From contig JBECUL010000003.1 in NCBI GenBank assembly GCA_040225955.1, positions 11,952 through 75,951 of the forward strand: a DNA stretch of 64,000 nt, given 5' to 3'. This document shows, in pieces, positions 17,489 through 27,021 of the stretch (position 1 is the stretch's first letter; each line of letters starts with the position of its first letter). The notes under the pieces were generated by a model, which saw only the letters and a list, made by a program, of their open reading frames with translations, did no database searches and was not told the DNA's origin. Made by a program: the position numbers and the translations under genes. Source of the DNA: Candidatus Asgardarchaeum abyssi (GTDB taxonomy: Archaea; Asgardarchaeota; Asgardarchaeia; Asgardarchaeales; Asgardarchaeaceae).

Positions 17489-18499
17489 CTACCTACCAAA
17501 AAGTTTGAGAGTAACACCCAGTTTCTTTTCCTTTGCATTCTTATAAATAATATAACCAACTGCTACATCTTCACTACCCATTCCAATTGGAGCAAAAAAT
17601 ATACGCTCTTTTGGATTTTCTCTCCCTGGCTTTTTACCTATGACAATATCTCCAAGATTCGCGTATATATCCTCATCTTTTATTAGCCCCTCTTTATACA
17701 TTTTTGCTAATACCGGTGTACCTCTATGAAGCACGTGTTCCCATTCGTCAACTACTATTTTATCAGAGTGAAGAACCACCTCATACTCCTCTTCCTGATA
17801 TGAACCAACATGAGAAAAGAAGCTTCCTTCTTTTACCCACTTATCCTTCACTATTGGTTCATCAGCGACCGTTACTGTAATTATAATATCGGCTCCTACA
17901 ACTGCATCTTTAGGTGTATCCACTGGTATTATTTTTAATCCAGTTTTTTCGCTCATCTCTTCGCTGTACTTAATGGAAGCCTCTTTTCGAATATCGTAAA
18001 CTCTGACCTCTTTAAGATTTTTGAGAACCTCTAATAAAGCTAATAGTTGGGTTCTCGCTTGAACACCTGCTCCAATCATAGCAACTATTTCTGAATCGGG
18101 TCTTGCTAAATATTTTGCTCCAACCCCCGTTACTGCTCCGGTTCTCATAGCACTGATTAAAGTACAGTCCATAATCGCTAATGGAAAACCAGTTTCGGAA
18201 TCGTTAAGTATCAAAAGACCGGTTGCTCTGGGCATCCCATATTTTATTGGGTTCTTTGGAAAACCTGCAATCCATTTTATTCCACAAACATTGAATTTGC
18301 CACCAACGTATGCTGGCATTGCATTTATCCTGCCTCTCCTTTTCTCGTCTAGATCTAAGACTACTTTAGATGGCACTATTACTTTATTCTCCGCGTGGAG
18401 TCTAAAGACTTCTTCAACTGTTTCTACAACAAGTTTCATAGTTAACCCTGATTCTTCAACTTCTTTTTGGGTCAAATAAATAAATTCGATATCTTTCAT
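17489..18499 (-). CDS. Ornithine cyclodeaminase/mu-crystallin family (imine reductase/alanine dehydrogenase-like)
   Basis: AMPAY, GIKWI, SAMRTGA, IGAGVQA, GMGSEDVA. Confidence 0.9.
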   Translation of the reverse strand: MKDIEFIYLTQKEVEESGLTMKLVVETVEEVFRLHAENKVIVPSKVVLDLDEKRRGRINAMPAYVGGKFNVCGIKWIAGFPKNPIKYGMPRATGLLILNDSETGFPLAIMDCTLISAMRTGAVTGVGAKYLARPDSEIVAMIGAGVQARTQLLALLEVLKNLKEVRVYDIRKEASIKYSEEMSEKTGLKIIPVDTPKDAVVGADIIITVTVADEPIVKDKWVKEGSFFSHVGSYQEEEYEVVLHSDKIVVDEWEHVLHRGTPVLAKMYKEGLIKDEDIYANLGDIVIGKKPGRENPKERIFFAPIGMGSEDVAVGYIIYKNAKEKKLGVTLKLFGR

Positions 18500-19947
18500 G
18501 AATATCCCCTTCTTTTGACCTCTTTAATATAATTTTCTAACTCTTTTTCAACATCTTTTTCTAATGGCACTTCTGGTTCGTGCTCACTTATTATCTTTTT
18601 TACAACCTCATGGGCACGTTCTACAATATCTTTAGAGCCCATTTGCTCCCATCTTTCCCGTCTCAATCTATCTCCAAGCTTAGGTATGAAATGATCCTTT
18701 CTAACATGTTCAAGGGTGTGTCTTTGTGCCAGAAAATGACCTCCTGGTCCAACGTTTCTTATTATATCAAGCGCTAAAGTTTCTTCGTTAACTTCAATTC
18801 CTTTCATAGCATGATATATCATACCAATGATTTCGTTGTCTATTACTAAGCTTTCCAAGCTTATTGTAAGTGCCAATTCCATTGTTCCTGGGTAGAAAAT
18901 CATATTAATTCCGCCCATGGCAGCCATAAGGCATGTTAAAGCTTTTTCATAGCCTGCTTGCATATCTAATATCTTTGAATCCGTCGCACAAGCAGTTCCT
19001 CTACTTGGTAAACCGTAAAATCTTGCAAGTTGTGCTGATGCTACATTTACGATCCCTATTTCAATAGCTCCTATTGAGATGTAACCAGTTCTCATGTCCA
19101 TTACTGTTCCCACAGTTCCATAAAATACAGGAGTTCCTGGACTAACTAATTGAGCTATAGTTATTGCTGCTAGTACTTCCGCATTTTGGATAACCAGCAA
19201 TCCGGCTAATGTTGCTGGGGCAGTAGCTCCAGCCTGGGGCTCTGAAGCTATATCAACAGGTTGTCTCATTTTTGCAAATTCTATGAGTCCTTCTAATTGA
19301 TCTGCATGCAATTGTAGTGGAGATATTGTGTTACTTGTTGTAAAAATCATAGGCTTCTTTCTAAGTTCCTCCTCCCCACCAGCAATTATAGAAGCCATTT
19401 TCAACATATCCTTAGCTCTTAATCGACCTCGGCATGTACCTTTAATTACCTTATCAGAATTCTTTACACTTTGGAGATATCCATAAACATGAGCAAGGTA
19501 GTCTGGAACTCCCTCTATATGAGGCATAATTGCTCCACTGTGAAGCATATGATAATTTTCCATTGCATCAGCAACCTTAATTAGATTTCCAACATCCTCT
19601 AAATTTGTTCTTCTAACGGTTTTTTTCTCATAATCATAAATGTTTAATCGACCGATCATGGGTTCATATACGACCTTTTTATCTTCTATCGTAACATTAT
19701 GCTTCTTATTCCTCGCGTAGACAGTAAACCTACTAGGAGCTCTTTTTACTTGTTCTTTAATTAGGTATTCTGGGAATTTTACAATTTTTGACTTATCATC
19801 AACATCCGCACCAGCTTTTTTCAGAATTTCTCTAGCTTCATCTAATTGCACAAAGATTCCTATTGTTGATAAAACTTCAAGTGTTGCATAGTGAATTTGA
19901 TAAATATCGTCCTTGGAGAGAATTTTGAGCTGCCCACCTCTAATCAT
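18496..19947 (-). CDS. mttB: Trimethylamine methyltransferase (MttB) superfamily protein, non-pyrrolysine
   Basis: IHYATLEVL, SPLQ, GATAPATLAG, NAEVLA, YGLPSRGTACATDSK, QAGYEK, GPGGHFL. Confidence 0.9.
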   Translation of the reverse strand: MIRGGQLKILSKDDIYQIHYATLEVLSTIGIFVQLDEAREILKKAGADVDDKSKIVKFPEYLIKEQVKRAPSRFTVYARNKKHNVTIEDKKVVYEPMIGRLNIYDYEKKTVRRTNLEDVGNLIKVADAMENYHMLHSGAIMPHIEGVPDYLAHVYGYLQSVKNSDKVIKGTCRGRLRAKDMLKMASIIAGGEEELRKKPMIFTTSNTISPLQLHADQLEGLIEFAKMRQPVDIASEPQAGATAPATLAGLLVIQNAEVLAAITIAQLVSPGTPVFYGTVGTVMDMRTGYISIGAIEIGIVNVASAQLARFYGLPSRGTACATDSKILDMQAGYEKALTCLMAAMGGINMIFYPGTMELALTISLESLVIDNEIIGMIYHAMKGIEVNEETLALDIIRNVGPGGHFLAQRHTLEHVRKDHFIPKLGDRLRRERWEQMGSKDIVERAHEVVKKIISEHEPEVPLEKDVEKELENYIKEVKRRGYS

Positions 19948-20338
19948 AATATTACCACCTTGTTCTTCATATAATTAATTCTCGGTATTGGTTATTAAAA
20001 TTCTTAAGGAAATTAATTGTTTTTTCTGCTTTTATGACATAGTTGCTTTAAAAGTGTTTAATAATATTTAGAAAAAATGCTAAAGAATAAAAAAGTATTT
20101 AAAAAATAAAAATTTTTCACACATAAGTATTATAAATTCAATACAAAAGCAATCGCCCGTTGATATGATATCTTAGCAAATATAAAAAATTATAAAAGAA
20201 AAAGGATTGCTAAAACTAAGAGCTTCAAAAAATAAATCAAATATAAACAATAATTGCCGAGTGTTGTCTATTATACCAAAAGTATTAAAAAAATGAAATA
20301 AAAGTATTAAAGCATAAAGTAAAAACAATAATAAGGCT

Positions 20339-21949
20339 GTGGAAATTGAATTAATAATGTATGTGCAGGTGTGTTTTTTGCATTCTAAAAAATCAAAGAT
20401 CTCTCATGCAGCTACATATAATATTTTTGAAATGAAAATGAAAAAGCCAATAATAGCATCTAAGAAAGTTACTATAAAAATAGAGAAAAGTATTAAACCC
20501 AGTTCCCTCTTCGAAATACTAAGAAGATCGATCGCTCTTTCGACTTCAGAGCTTAGCTACAAGGCACTTAAAAAGATACATTCGCTTTTTGGAAAGAAGT
20601 CGTTTGATGTAATAGCGATAACTAGTTATAACGGAATACTTCTTGATCTCCTATCAGAAAATGGGCTTCCTGGAAAAAATATATATGTCTCTATTATATG
20701 GCTTGATTACTTTTCAATCCATGGTGCACTTATAAATATCCGTACAGGCGAATTGGTCTCAATTGTCGAGAGAGAGAATTTAATTTCCTCAGAAGCTCCA
20801 GATGTTTTTTCTCTTACAGCTCAGATCATAAAGGATAGAAGCAAAGCGGAAGTCTTCAATTCAACCCTAAAATCTTCAGTTAATAAATTAGTTAAAGAAC
20901 TATGTAAGGTATCAAACATAAGTAAGGATGCGATTTATGGAATTTTTGTCATTGGGAATACTATTATGCATCATTTATTCTTGGGTCTCGATGTAACAAA
21001 ACTCGGCGAACCACCATTCTTACCAATCATCCGAGATAGTCTAACAATTAAAGCTAAAGATCTAAATATAAACATCAACAAAAGTGGCCTAATTTTTATG
21101 CCTCCCCTTCTAATAGGACATATAGGGTCAGATACACTCTCATGCCTAGCTTTATTAATTAACAAATATAAGAACAAAACAGTACTCCTTTTAGATCTCC
21201 GAAGCACAGGTAGTGCAATACTGTATAAGAATGATCAGATCTTCATAATGACTTTTCCAATAGGCGAAACCTTGGGCAGCTTTACATGGGAACAAGATGT
21301 AAGTGAAAGAGCCGAGGAGTATGGATTTGAGGAAGATATTGAACAAAAACCGATTTCCATGAAAATACTGCAACTGATTCCAATCATAAATTACCTACTT
21401 AAAGAAAAAATGGTCCTTGCAAATGGGCGAATTAATAGACTGGCTATTTATGAAAGTAGCAAAAGTTCCTCTATCCAGCTTATTGAAACAAAGAATAATA
21501 TCTACCTAAAAATAAAAAAAGATGGGGATGTCCAATATATTTCCCAGCGCGATATCAGAAACTTTCAAGTCATAAAATCTCTAATCTACATATATACAAT
21601 GAATTTATTGAAGAGAACAAACACAGCACCCGATGAAATAGACATCCTTTGTGTACTTGGGTATAATGTTCCAAAAAATGCCGATACTATTTTCTCGGGA
21701 GAAGTTCTTAAAAACTTGGGAATTCTTCCAATACGTAACCCAGAAAATATAAAGATAATAGTTTCCTCTAAAATGCCTCTATTTGGAGGTGCTTTATGCG
21801 TTCTTGACGCTGATCTCTTAAAATTTGTTAATAAAGTAATCAAGAAAATAAATTACATTAGTATAGAAGAAGATCAAGAATTCTTTTCTGAATTTATTAA
21901 TGCTCTTTATTTCCCAAATAGAAAAAGTATTATGAATGATAATCTATAA
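20339..21949 (+). CDS. RACo/RamA-like (ASKHA) corrinoid-activation-family protein, degenerate; start uncertain
   Basis: GNTIMHHLFLGLD..LGEPPF.P, GHIGSD, ISQRDIRNFQ..K, F.SEFINALYFP. DIGTT/DIGTNGE motifs are lost and there is no Fe-S domain. Confidence 0.7.
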   Translation: MEIELIMYVQVCFLHSKKSKISHAATYNIFEMKMKKPIIASKKVTIKIEKSIKPSSLFEILRRSIALSTSELSYKALKKIHSLFGKKSFDVIAITSYNGILLDLLSENGLPGKNIYVSIIWLDYFSIHGALINIRTGELVSIVERENLISSEAPDVFSLTAQIIKDRSKAEVFNSTLKSSVNKLVKELCKVSNISKDAIYGIFVIGNTIMHHLFLGLDVTKLGEPPFLPIIRDSLTIKAKDLNININKSGLIFMPPLLIGHIGSDTLSCLALLINKYKNKTVLLLDLRSTGSAILYKNDQIFIMTFPIGETLGSFTWEQDVSERAEEYGFEEDIEQKPISMKILQLIPIINYLLKEKMVLANGRINRLAIYESSKSSSIQLIETKNNIYLKIKKDGDVQYISQRDIRNFQVIKSLIYIYTMNLLKRTNTAPDEIDILCVLGYNVPKNADTIFSGEVLKNLGILPIRNPENIKIIVSSKMPLFGGALCVLDADLLKFVNKVIKKINYISIEEDQEFFSEFINALYFPNRKSIMNDNL

Positions 21950-22030
21950 TAAATAATTAATAATATCTACATCAGCAAGCAGATTAAACTTAAATATCAA
22001 GAATAATAAGATGAAAAATAATGCCTACTG

Positions 22031-23899
22031 GTGTTTAAAATGTATAAGAGCTATTATGGTAAAATTTTAAGGATAAATTTAACTGACCAAAAGATTTCCA
22101 CTGAGAGCTTATCGAATGAACTTATAGAGAACTACGTTGGCGGGATGGGGTTCGGTATTAAAATCCTATTTGATGAAGTCGACCCTAGAATAGACCCACT
22201 AGGTGTCGAAAATAAAGTAATATTCTCCGTGGGTCCTATAACGGCTACAAAGGCTCCTATGTTTGCACAAACATGTGTTGTAACAAAATCACCTCTTACG
22301 AATACTATTTTGAATAGCTATGCTGGTGGTACCCTAGGTTATTATTTCCGAAAATCTGGATATGATGCTGTAATAATCGAAGGTAAGTCCGAAAAACCAG
22401 TTTTTATTAGCATATTCGATGATGAGGTTGATATTCGAGCAGCAGAGGATATCTGGGGTAAAGGTTCTCAAGAAAGCCAAAAGATCATAAAAAAGAAGTT
22501 AGAAGGTTTAAAGGTTCAAACAGCTGTTATTGGGCAAGCTGGTGAAAATCTCGTGAGACTTGCTAGTATAGTTACTGAATCAAGAACATTTGGAAGAGGT
22601 GGTGCTGGTGCAGTTCTTGGAAGTAAATTATTAAAAGGAATTGCAATTGGTGGGACTCAAAGTATTGAACTTTACGATGAGGAAAGCTTCAATAAATATT
22701 GTAATGAAGCATTTGAGTTAATCAAAAAAGAAATCTCAAATCCGCAAACTCTTTTAGCTGGTTTTTCTAATATAGGAACTATGGCGGGAATCGACTTGCT
22801 CAACCAGATGGGGGCTATGGCAAGTAGAAACCACCAAACAGGTGTTTGGCATGGTATAAATGAGGTAAATTCAACGACGTTTAAAGAAAAATATCATGTT
22901 TCACATACGGCATGTTTTGGATGTCCTGTGCATTGTGGAAAAAAGAATCGGGTTAAGACAGGAAAATACGCTGGTTTGATTCAGGAGGGACCAGAGTACG
23001 AATCGATATACGCCTTAGGAACAGAATGTGATATTAGAGATCCAGAAGCACTAATAGTAGCTGACTTTTTATGTGATGATTTTGGATTGGACACACTAAC
23101 CACCGGAGTATTAATAGCCTATACTATGGAAGCCTATGAGAGAGGATTTATTACGAAAGATCAACTAGATGGTCTTGATTTGCGCTTTGGCAATCATGAA
23201 GCCGAGTTAGAAATGATTAGAAAAATAGCATTTCGCGATGGTATTGGAAATATTTTAGCGGATGGAATATTAAACGCAATTAAGCATTTCGGTGAGGAAA
23301 CAAGGTCTTTTGCTATGCATGTTAAGGGACTAACTTTTGCAGCTTGGATGCCTAGAGTCCTAAAAGGTATGGCTCTAGCATTCGCAACGGCTAACAGGGG
23401 TGCTTGTCATAAGAGAGCTATAATCGGTATGGAAGTTATGGGGATTGTAGAACCACAAGCAACAAAAGGAAAAGGAAAACTAATTAAAGAGATTCAGGAT
23501 AAGGTTAATGCTATATTTACATTAATAGGTTGTCGTTTCAGCGAATTCGTGTATCCTGTGGATCTCTATGTTAATCTTCTGAACTCTGCAACTGGTCTGA
23601 ATTATACTAATGAGAAATTTATGAAACTTGGTGAACGAATATGGAACCTTGAAAGAGTATTTAACGTTATTAATGGATTCACAAGAAAGGATGATACTCT
23701 CCCAGAGCGGTGCTTTGAGCCATTGCCAGAAGGACCAAGTAAGGGATATAAACTTACAAGAGAAGAATTTAACGAAATGCTGGACGAATATTATGCCGAG
23801 CGAGGATGGAGCAAGGAAGGGATTCCTACAAGGGAGAGACTTAAAGAATTAGGAATAACTTATGCATATGATAAAATGAAGAAATTCGCATCTGGATAA
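22031..23899 (+). CDS. aor: Tungsten aldehyde:ferredoxin oxidoreductase family protein (second copy)
   Basis: GKILRINLT, TKSPLT, GRGGAGAVLGSK, CFGCPVHC, GPEYE, NRGACH, DDTLPER. Confidence 0.92.
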   Translation: MFKMYKSYYGKILRINLTDQKISTESLSNELIENYVGGMGFGIKILFDEVDPRIDPLGVENKVIFSVGPITATKAPMFAQTCVVTKSPLTNTILNSYAGGTLGYYFRKSGYDAVIIEGKSEKPVFISIFDDEVDIRAAEDIWGKGSQESQKIIKKKLEGLKVQTAVIGQAGENLVRLASIVTESRTFGRGGAGAVLGSKLLKGIAIGGTQSIELYDEESFNKYCNEAFELIKKEISNPQTLLAGFSNIGTMAGIDLLNQMGAMASRNHQTGVWHGINEVNSTTFKEKYHVSHTACFGCPVHCGKKNRVKTGKYAGLIQEGPEYESIYALGTECDIRDPEALIVADFLCDDFGLDTLTTGVLIAYTMEAYERGFITKDQLDGLDLRFGNHEAELEMIRKIAFRDGIGNILADGILNAIKHFGEETRSFAMHVKGLTFAAWMPRVLKGMALAFATANRGACHKRAIIGMEVMGIVEPQATKGKGKLIKEIQDKVNAIFTLIGCRFSEFVYPVDLYVNLLNSATGLNYTNEKFMKLGERIWNLERVFNVINGFTRKDDTLPERCFEPLPEGPSKGYKLTREEFNEMLDEYYAERGWSKEGIPTRERLKELGITYAYDKMKKFASG

Positions 23900-23902
23900 A
23901 CA

Positions 23903-25060
23903 TTATGAGATCACAATGGCATCATAGACTTCTATTATTTTCTTAATAATAACTTTCCAATCATATTTTTTCTTTGCATCTTGCAGACCGTTCTTTCCAA
24001 GTTGTTTTCTAAGTTTGTCATCTATTGCTAAGTGATACATAGCAGTTGCTAATGAATAAGGATTTGATGGATCTACTAAGATACCGTTTCTTCCATGTTC
24101 TATAATCTCGGATAGTCCACCAACCCTAGTACCTATAACTGGGGTTGCTGTTGCAAAGCCTTCCAATGTAACTATTCCAAAAGCCTCGGCATCTATAGAA
24201 GGTACAACTAAAACGTCAGATGCGACTAAATATTTCTTTTTCTCATCATCATTTAACTTCCCTAAATAATTAACTTTGTTTTTAAGACCATTTTGTGATA
24301 TTATCTGCAATAACCAATATTTTAGATATCCATCACCGATTATAAATAAGCGTACATTTGGTAGTTCCTTTAAAAGAATTTTAAAGCCCTCAATCAATAT
24401 ATGCAATCCCTTTCTGAGAACAAGTCTTCCTACGAAGAGAAAATTTATTTCATCGTGGTTGAGATTTAACTCTTCCCTAAATAACTCCTTTCTTTTAATA
24501 AATGGATAATATTCCTTTGTATCTATACCGTTAGGAATAACAGTAATTTTTTCTTCTTCATCATAAAGAAGTAACATAAAATCCTTGACTGCATTGCTGA
24601 CTGCAATAATCTTATTTACGTGGGTATAATATTCCTTTATCGGTTTCATAAATTTTGATGCGATGCTCCATAATTTTTTGTTTGTGTAACCATAAGATAG
24701 CGAATGAGCTGTTAGTACCGAAGGTATTTTCAATTTGCTTGCTATCTCAATTGAAAAAAGAGAAGTTGGAGTAAATGCATGATGTGCATGAATTAAATCA
24801 AAAGAGTTAATTCTAAGAATGTCATTCAAAAGGGAGTAATATCTCCTTAGTGCCATTATATTTATAGTTGGAATATGTATACATCCCAATCTAATTACTT
24901 TAAAGTTAAATTGATTATCGTTAAAATCTTCCCTTTCTCTAGAGGTAATTATTGTGACATCGAAACCAACATTAGAAAGCGTTTTAGCAAATCCCTCTAT
25001 GTGTTTCTCAATCCCTCCTATGCTGGGATAAAAGAAGTCACTTGTTATAGCGATTTTAAT
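23903..25060 (-). CDS. GT4 glycosyltransferase, PIG-A-like (archaeal GlcNAc-phosphoinositide transferase-like)
   Basis: The frame stays open 57 codons upstream of the listed start, giving (M)KIAITSDFFYPSIGGIEKHI. Also HAHH, VIPNGID, FVGRLVLRKG, EAFGIVTLE. Start is ATT at 25060, or a frameshifted GTG. Confidence 0.82.
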   Translation of the reverse strand: MKIAITSDFFYPSIGGIEKHIEGFAKTLSNVGFDVTIITSREREDFNDNQFNFKVIRLGCIHIPTINIMALRRYYSLLNDILRINSFDLIHAHHAFTPTSLFSIEIASKLKIPSVLTAHSLSYGYTNKKLWSIASKFMKPIKEYYTHVNKIIAVSNAVKDFMLLLYDEEEKITVIPNGIDTKEYYPFIKRKELFREELNLNHDEINFLFVGRLVLRKGLHILIEGFKILLKELPNVRLFIIGDGYLKYWLLQIISQNGLKNKVNYLGKLNDDEKKKYLVASDVLVVPSIDAEAFGIVTLEGFATATPVIGTRVGGLSEIIEHGRNGILVDPSNPYSLATAMYHLAIDDKLRKQLGKNGLQDAKKKYDWKVIIKKIIEVYDAIVIS

Positions 25061-25187
25061 CTCACTATCCCTCCTGTAACACTTTAACTACATTGTAAAT
25101 TGATAAAAATTAATTTTAATGTTACTATTCTCGAGGTATTACTTAATAGTTATAATTTTATTGTATTAGCGGTTAAATCCCTTTATA

Positions 25188-26801
25188 TCACGGTGTTATA
25201 TCATTTTCAATTTTAACATCATTTAAATAAATTATCGGCTTTTGAGAAAAATTACCTATAAATAAAGTGAAGCTTTCGCTTTTAATTGCTAGAAACTCAC
25301 TAAATTTTATATTTTTAACATCATTATTAAGAATCTCTATGTCTTTCATGAATGGATTAAGCCCTAAGATAAATTCCTCATAATCAGAAATTCCATCTTT
25401 ATCAGTATCATTTGAAAATGGGTCTGTACCTATTTCTAACTCCCAGACATCAGTCAGACCATCTTTGTCTTTATCAGTAAAGTTTCCGGTATTCTGTAAA
25501 TCAAAGCGATAGCCTATTGAATTCCAGATGAAGTTATTGCTTATGACTCTATGAACAGAGAGACAGTAAACATATCCCTCCCAATCCGCAATTATAATGT
25601 TAGTCGTGTTATTGTCTTTATCCAAGTTTGTAACAATTGGTGAAGAAACCAATGCTGCAAAATGTTTGCTTCCTATAAGATCTACTAATGTGCGGTTCAT
25701 CTTAAGGAGATAAATAAATCCATCACATGAAGGGATTATAATATCTATAAGGCCATCACCATCAATATCGGAAACTGCTGGTGTTGAAACGATCATATGT
25801 CTTGTCTTATAGCTCCATAAGATTTCCCCATTCCTATTTAAAACATAAAATATTCCATCTAGCGATGCTGTAAGAATCTCTGGTAATCCATCATTTTGTA
25901 TGTCTATTACAATAGGAGATGCACTTATTTTCTCACCCGTCTCAAATTTCCATAATAAACTTCCATTCCCAGAAAGTACATATAGAAACTTATCCCACGA
26001 GCCGAAAATTATGTCTTTTAACCCATCATTGTCTATATCGTATATAAATGGGGATGATATAATACCACCACCAGTTTTATACTTCCAAATAAGACTCCCA
26101 TTGGCAGCTAAAACATAAAGGTAACCAATTCTCGAGCCGAAAATTATTTCATAATCACTATCATTATTCAAATCTGCTATTACCACAGGTGCGAAATTGT
26201 CTCCTCCAGTTTCAAATTTCCACTCTTGGCTACCATTTGAATTTATGGCATAAACATAACCGTCATTAGCCCCAAAAATTATCTCGTACTTTCCATCATG
26301 ATCTACGTCTCCAATAGAAGGAGTAGATTGTATAGCCTCAGACACTTCAAAATTTGTTATTAGACTACCATTGTTCGATAAAATGTAAAGAGTACCCTTC
26401 TCTGAACCCACTACAATTTCTACCTTTTCATCGCCGTTAATATCATATATAACTGGGGATGCCACAATACTTTCATTTGTCTTGTAACTCCATATGATAG
26501 TTCCGTTCCAAGAAATACAAGCTATGGTTCCATTGTCAGTCCCCAAAATTATTTCCCTAAGTGAATCATTGTTTAAATCGTAAATGGCTGGCGAAGTCCT
26601 AATTCGTGCTGATAAAGAAATAGTCCAATCAATTTTTAGTAGATTCCTTGGTTCGGTAGGGTATATATTTGTCCATATAGGAAGTGGCATCATAAAAGGG
26701 AGTATCGTGAATAGAATGCACCAGAGGATTAATGTTTTGTAAAGAACATTCTCTATTTTTTCCTTCAAGGTGAGCACCGTCTTAAGAATATTATGTTGCA
26801 A
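25188..26801 (-). CDS. Secreted/membrane-anchored beta-propeller (PQQ-like/FG-GAP repeats) with Ca-binding DxDxDG tail
   Basis: N-terminal TM; repeated SP.I.D(I/L)(N/D).DG..EI.FGS..G.LY.L..NGS..W; DKDKDGLTD..E...GTDP...DTDKDG. Confidence 0.8.
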   Translation of the reverse strand: MQHNILKTVLTLKEKIENVLYKTLILWCILFTILPFMMPLPIWTNIYPTEPRNLLKIDWTISLSARIRTSPAIYDLNNDSLREIILGTDNGTIACISWNGTIIWSYKTNESIVASPVIYDINGDEKVEIVVGSEKGTLYILSNNGSLITNFEVSEAIQSTPSIGDVDHDGKYEIIFGANDGYVYAINSNGSQEWKFETGGDNFAPVVIADLNNDSDYEIIFGSRIGYLYVLAANGSLIWKYKTGGGIISSPFIYDIDNDGLKDIIFGSWDKFLYVLSGNGSLLWKFETGEKISASPIVIDIQNDGLPEILTASLDGIFYVLNRNGEILWSYKTRHMIVSTPAVSDIDGDGLIDIIIPSCDGFIYLLKMNRTLVDLIGSKHFAALVSSPIVTNLDKDNNTTNIIIADWEGYVYCLSVHRVISNNFIWNSIGYRFDLQNTGNFTDKDKDGLTDVWELEIGTDPFSNDTDKDGISDYEEFILGLNPFMKDIEILNNDVKNIKFSEFLAIKSESFTLFIGNFSQKPIIYLNDVKIENDITP

Positions 26802-27021
26802 TTAATTTTTATATTTGTTTCATAACTATAATAATTAACTTTTCATTTCAAAAAATAATAAATCGTTTATTAATGACATAAAATATATTAATATATATAT
26901 TATAAAATCAGTAGGTATTATTAGCTATATCTGTAGCTAGTGATACTTCTTTTAATTAAGATAACTAGGTATTTAAGGAGGCTAACTTGTTATTAGTAGT
27001 AATATTAAAATTATTATTGTA

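Noticed and set aside
11009-19947. Pyrrolysine or selenocysteine recoding in mtmB, mttB or the hydrogenase
   Set aside because: The ORFs are full-length without internal TAG/TGA; the Pyl positions are Val/Val/Ala and the Ni ligands are Cys.
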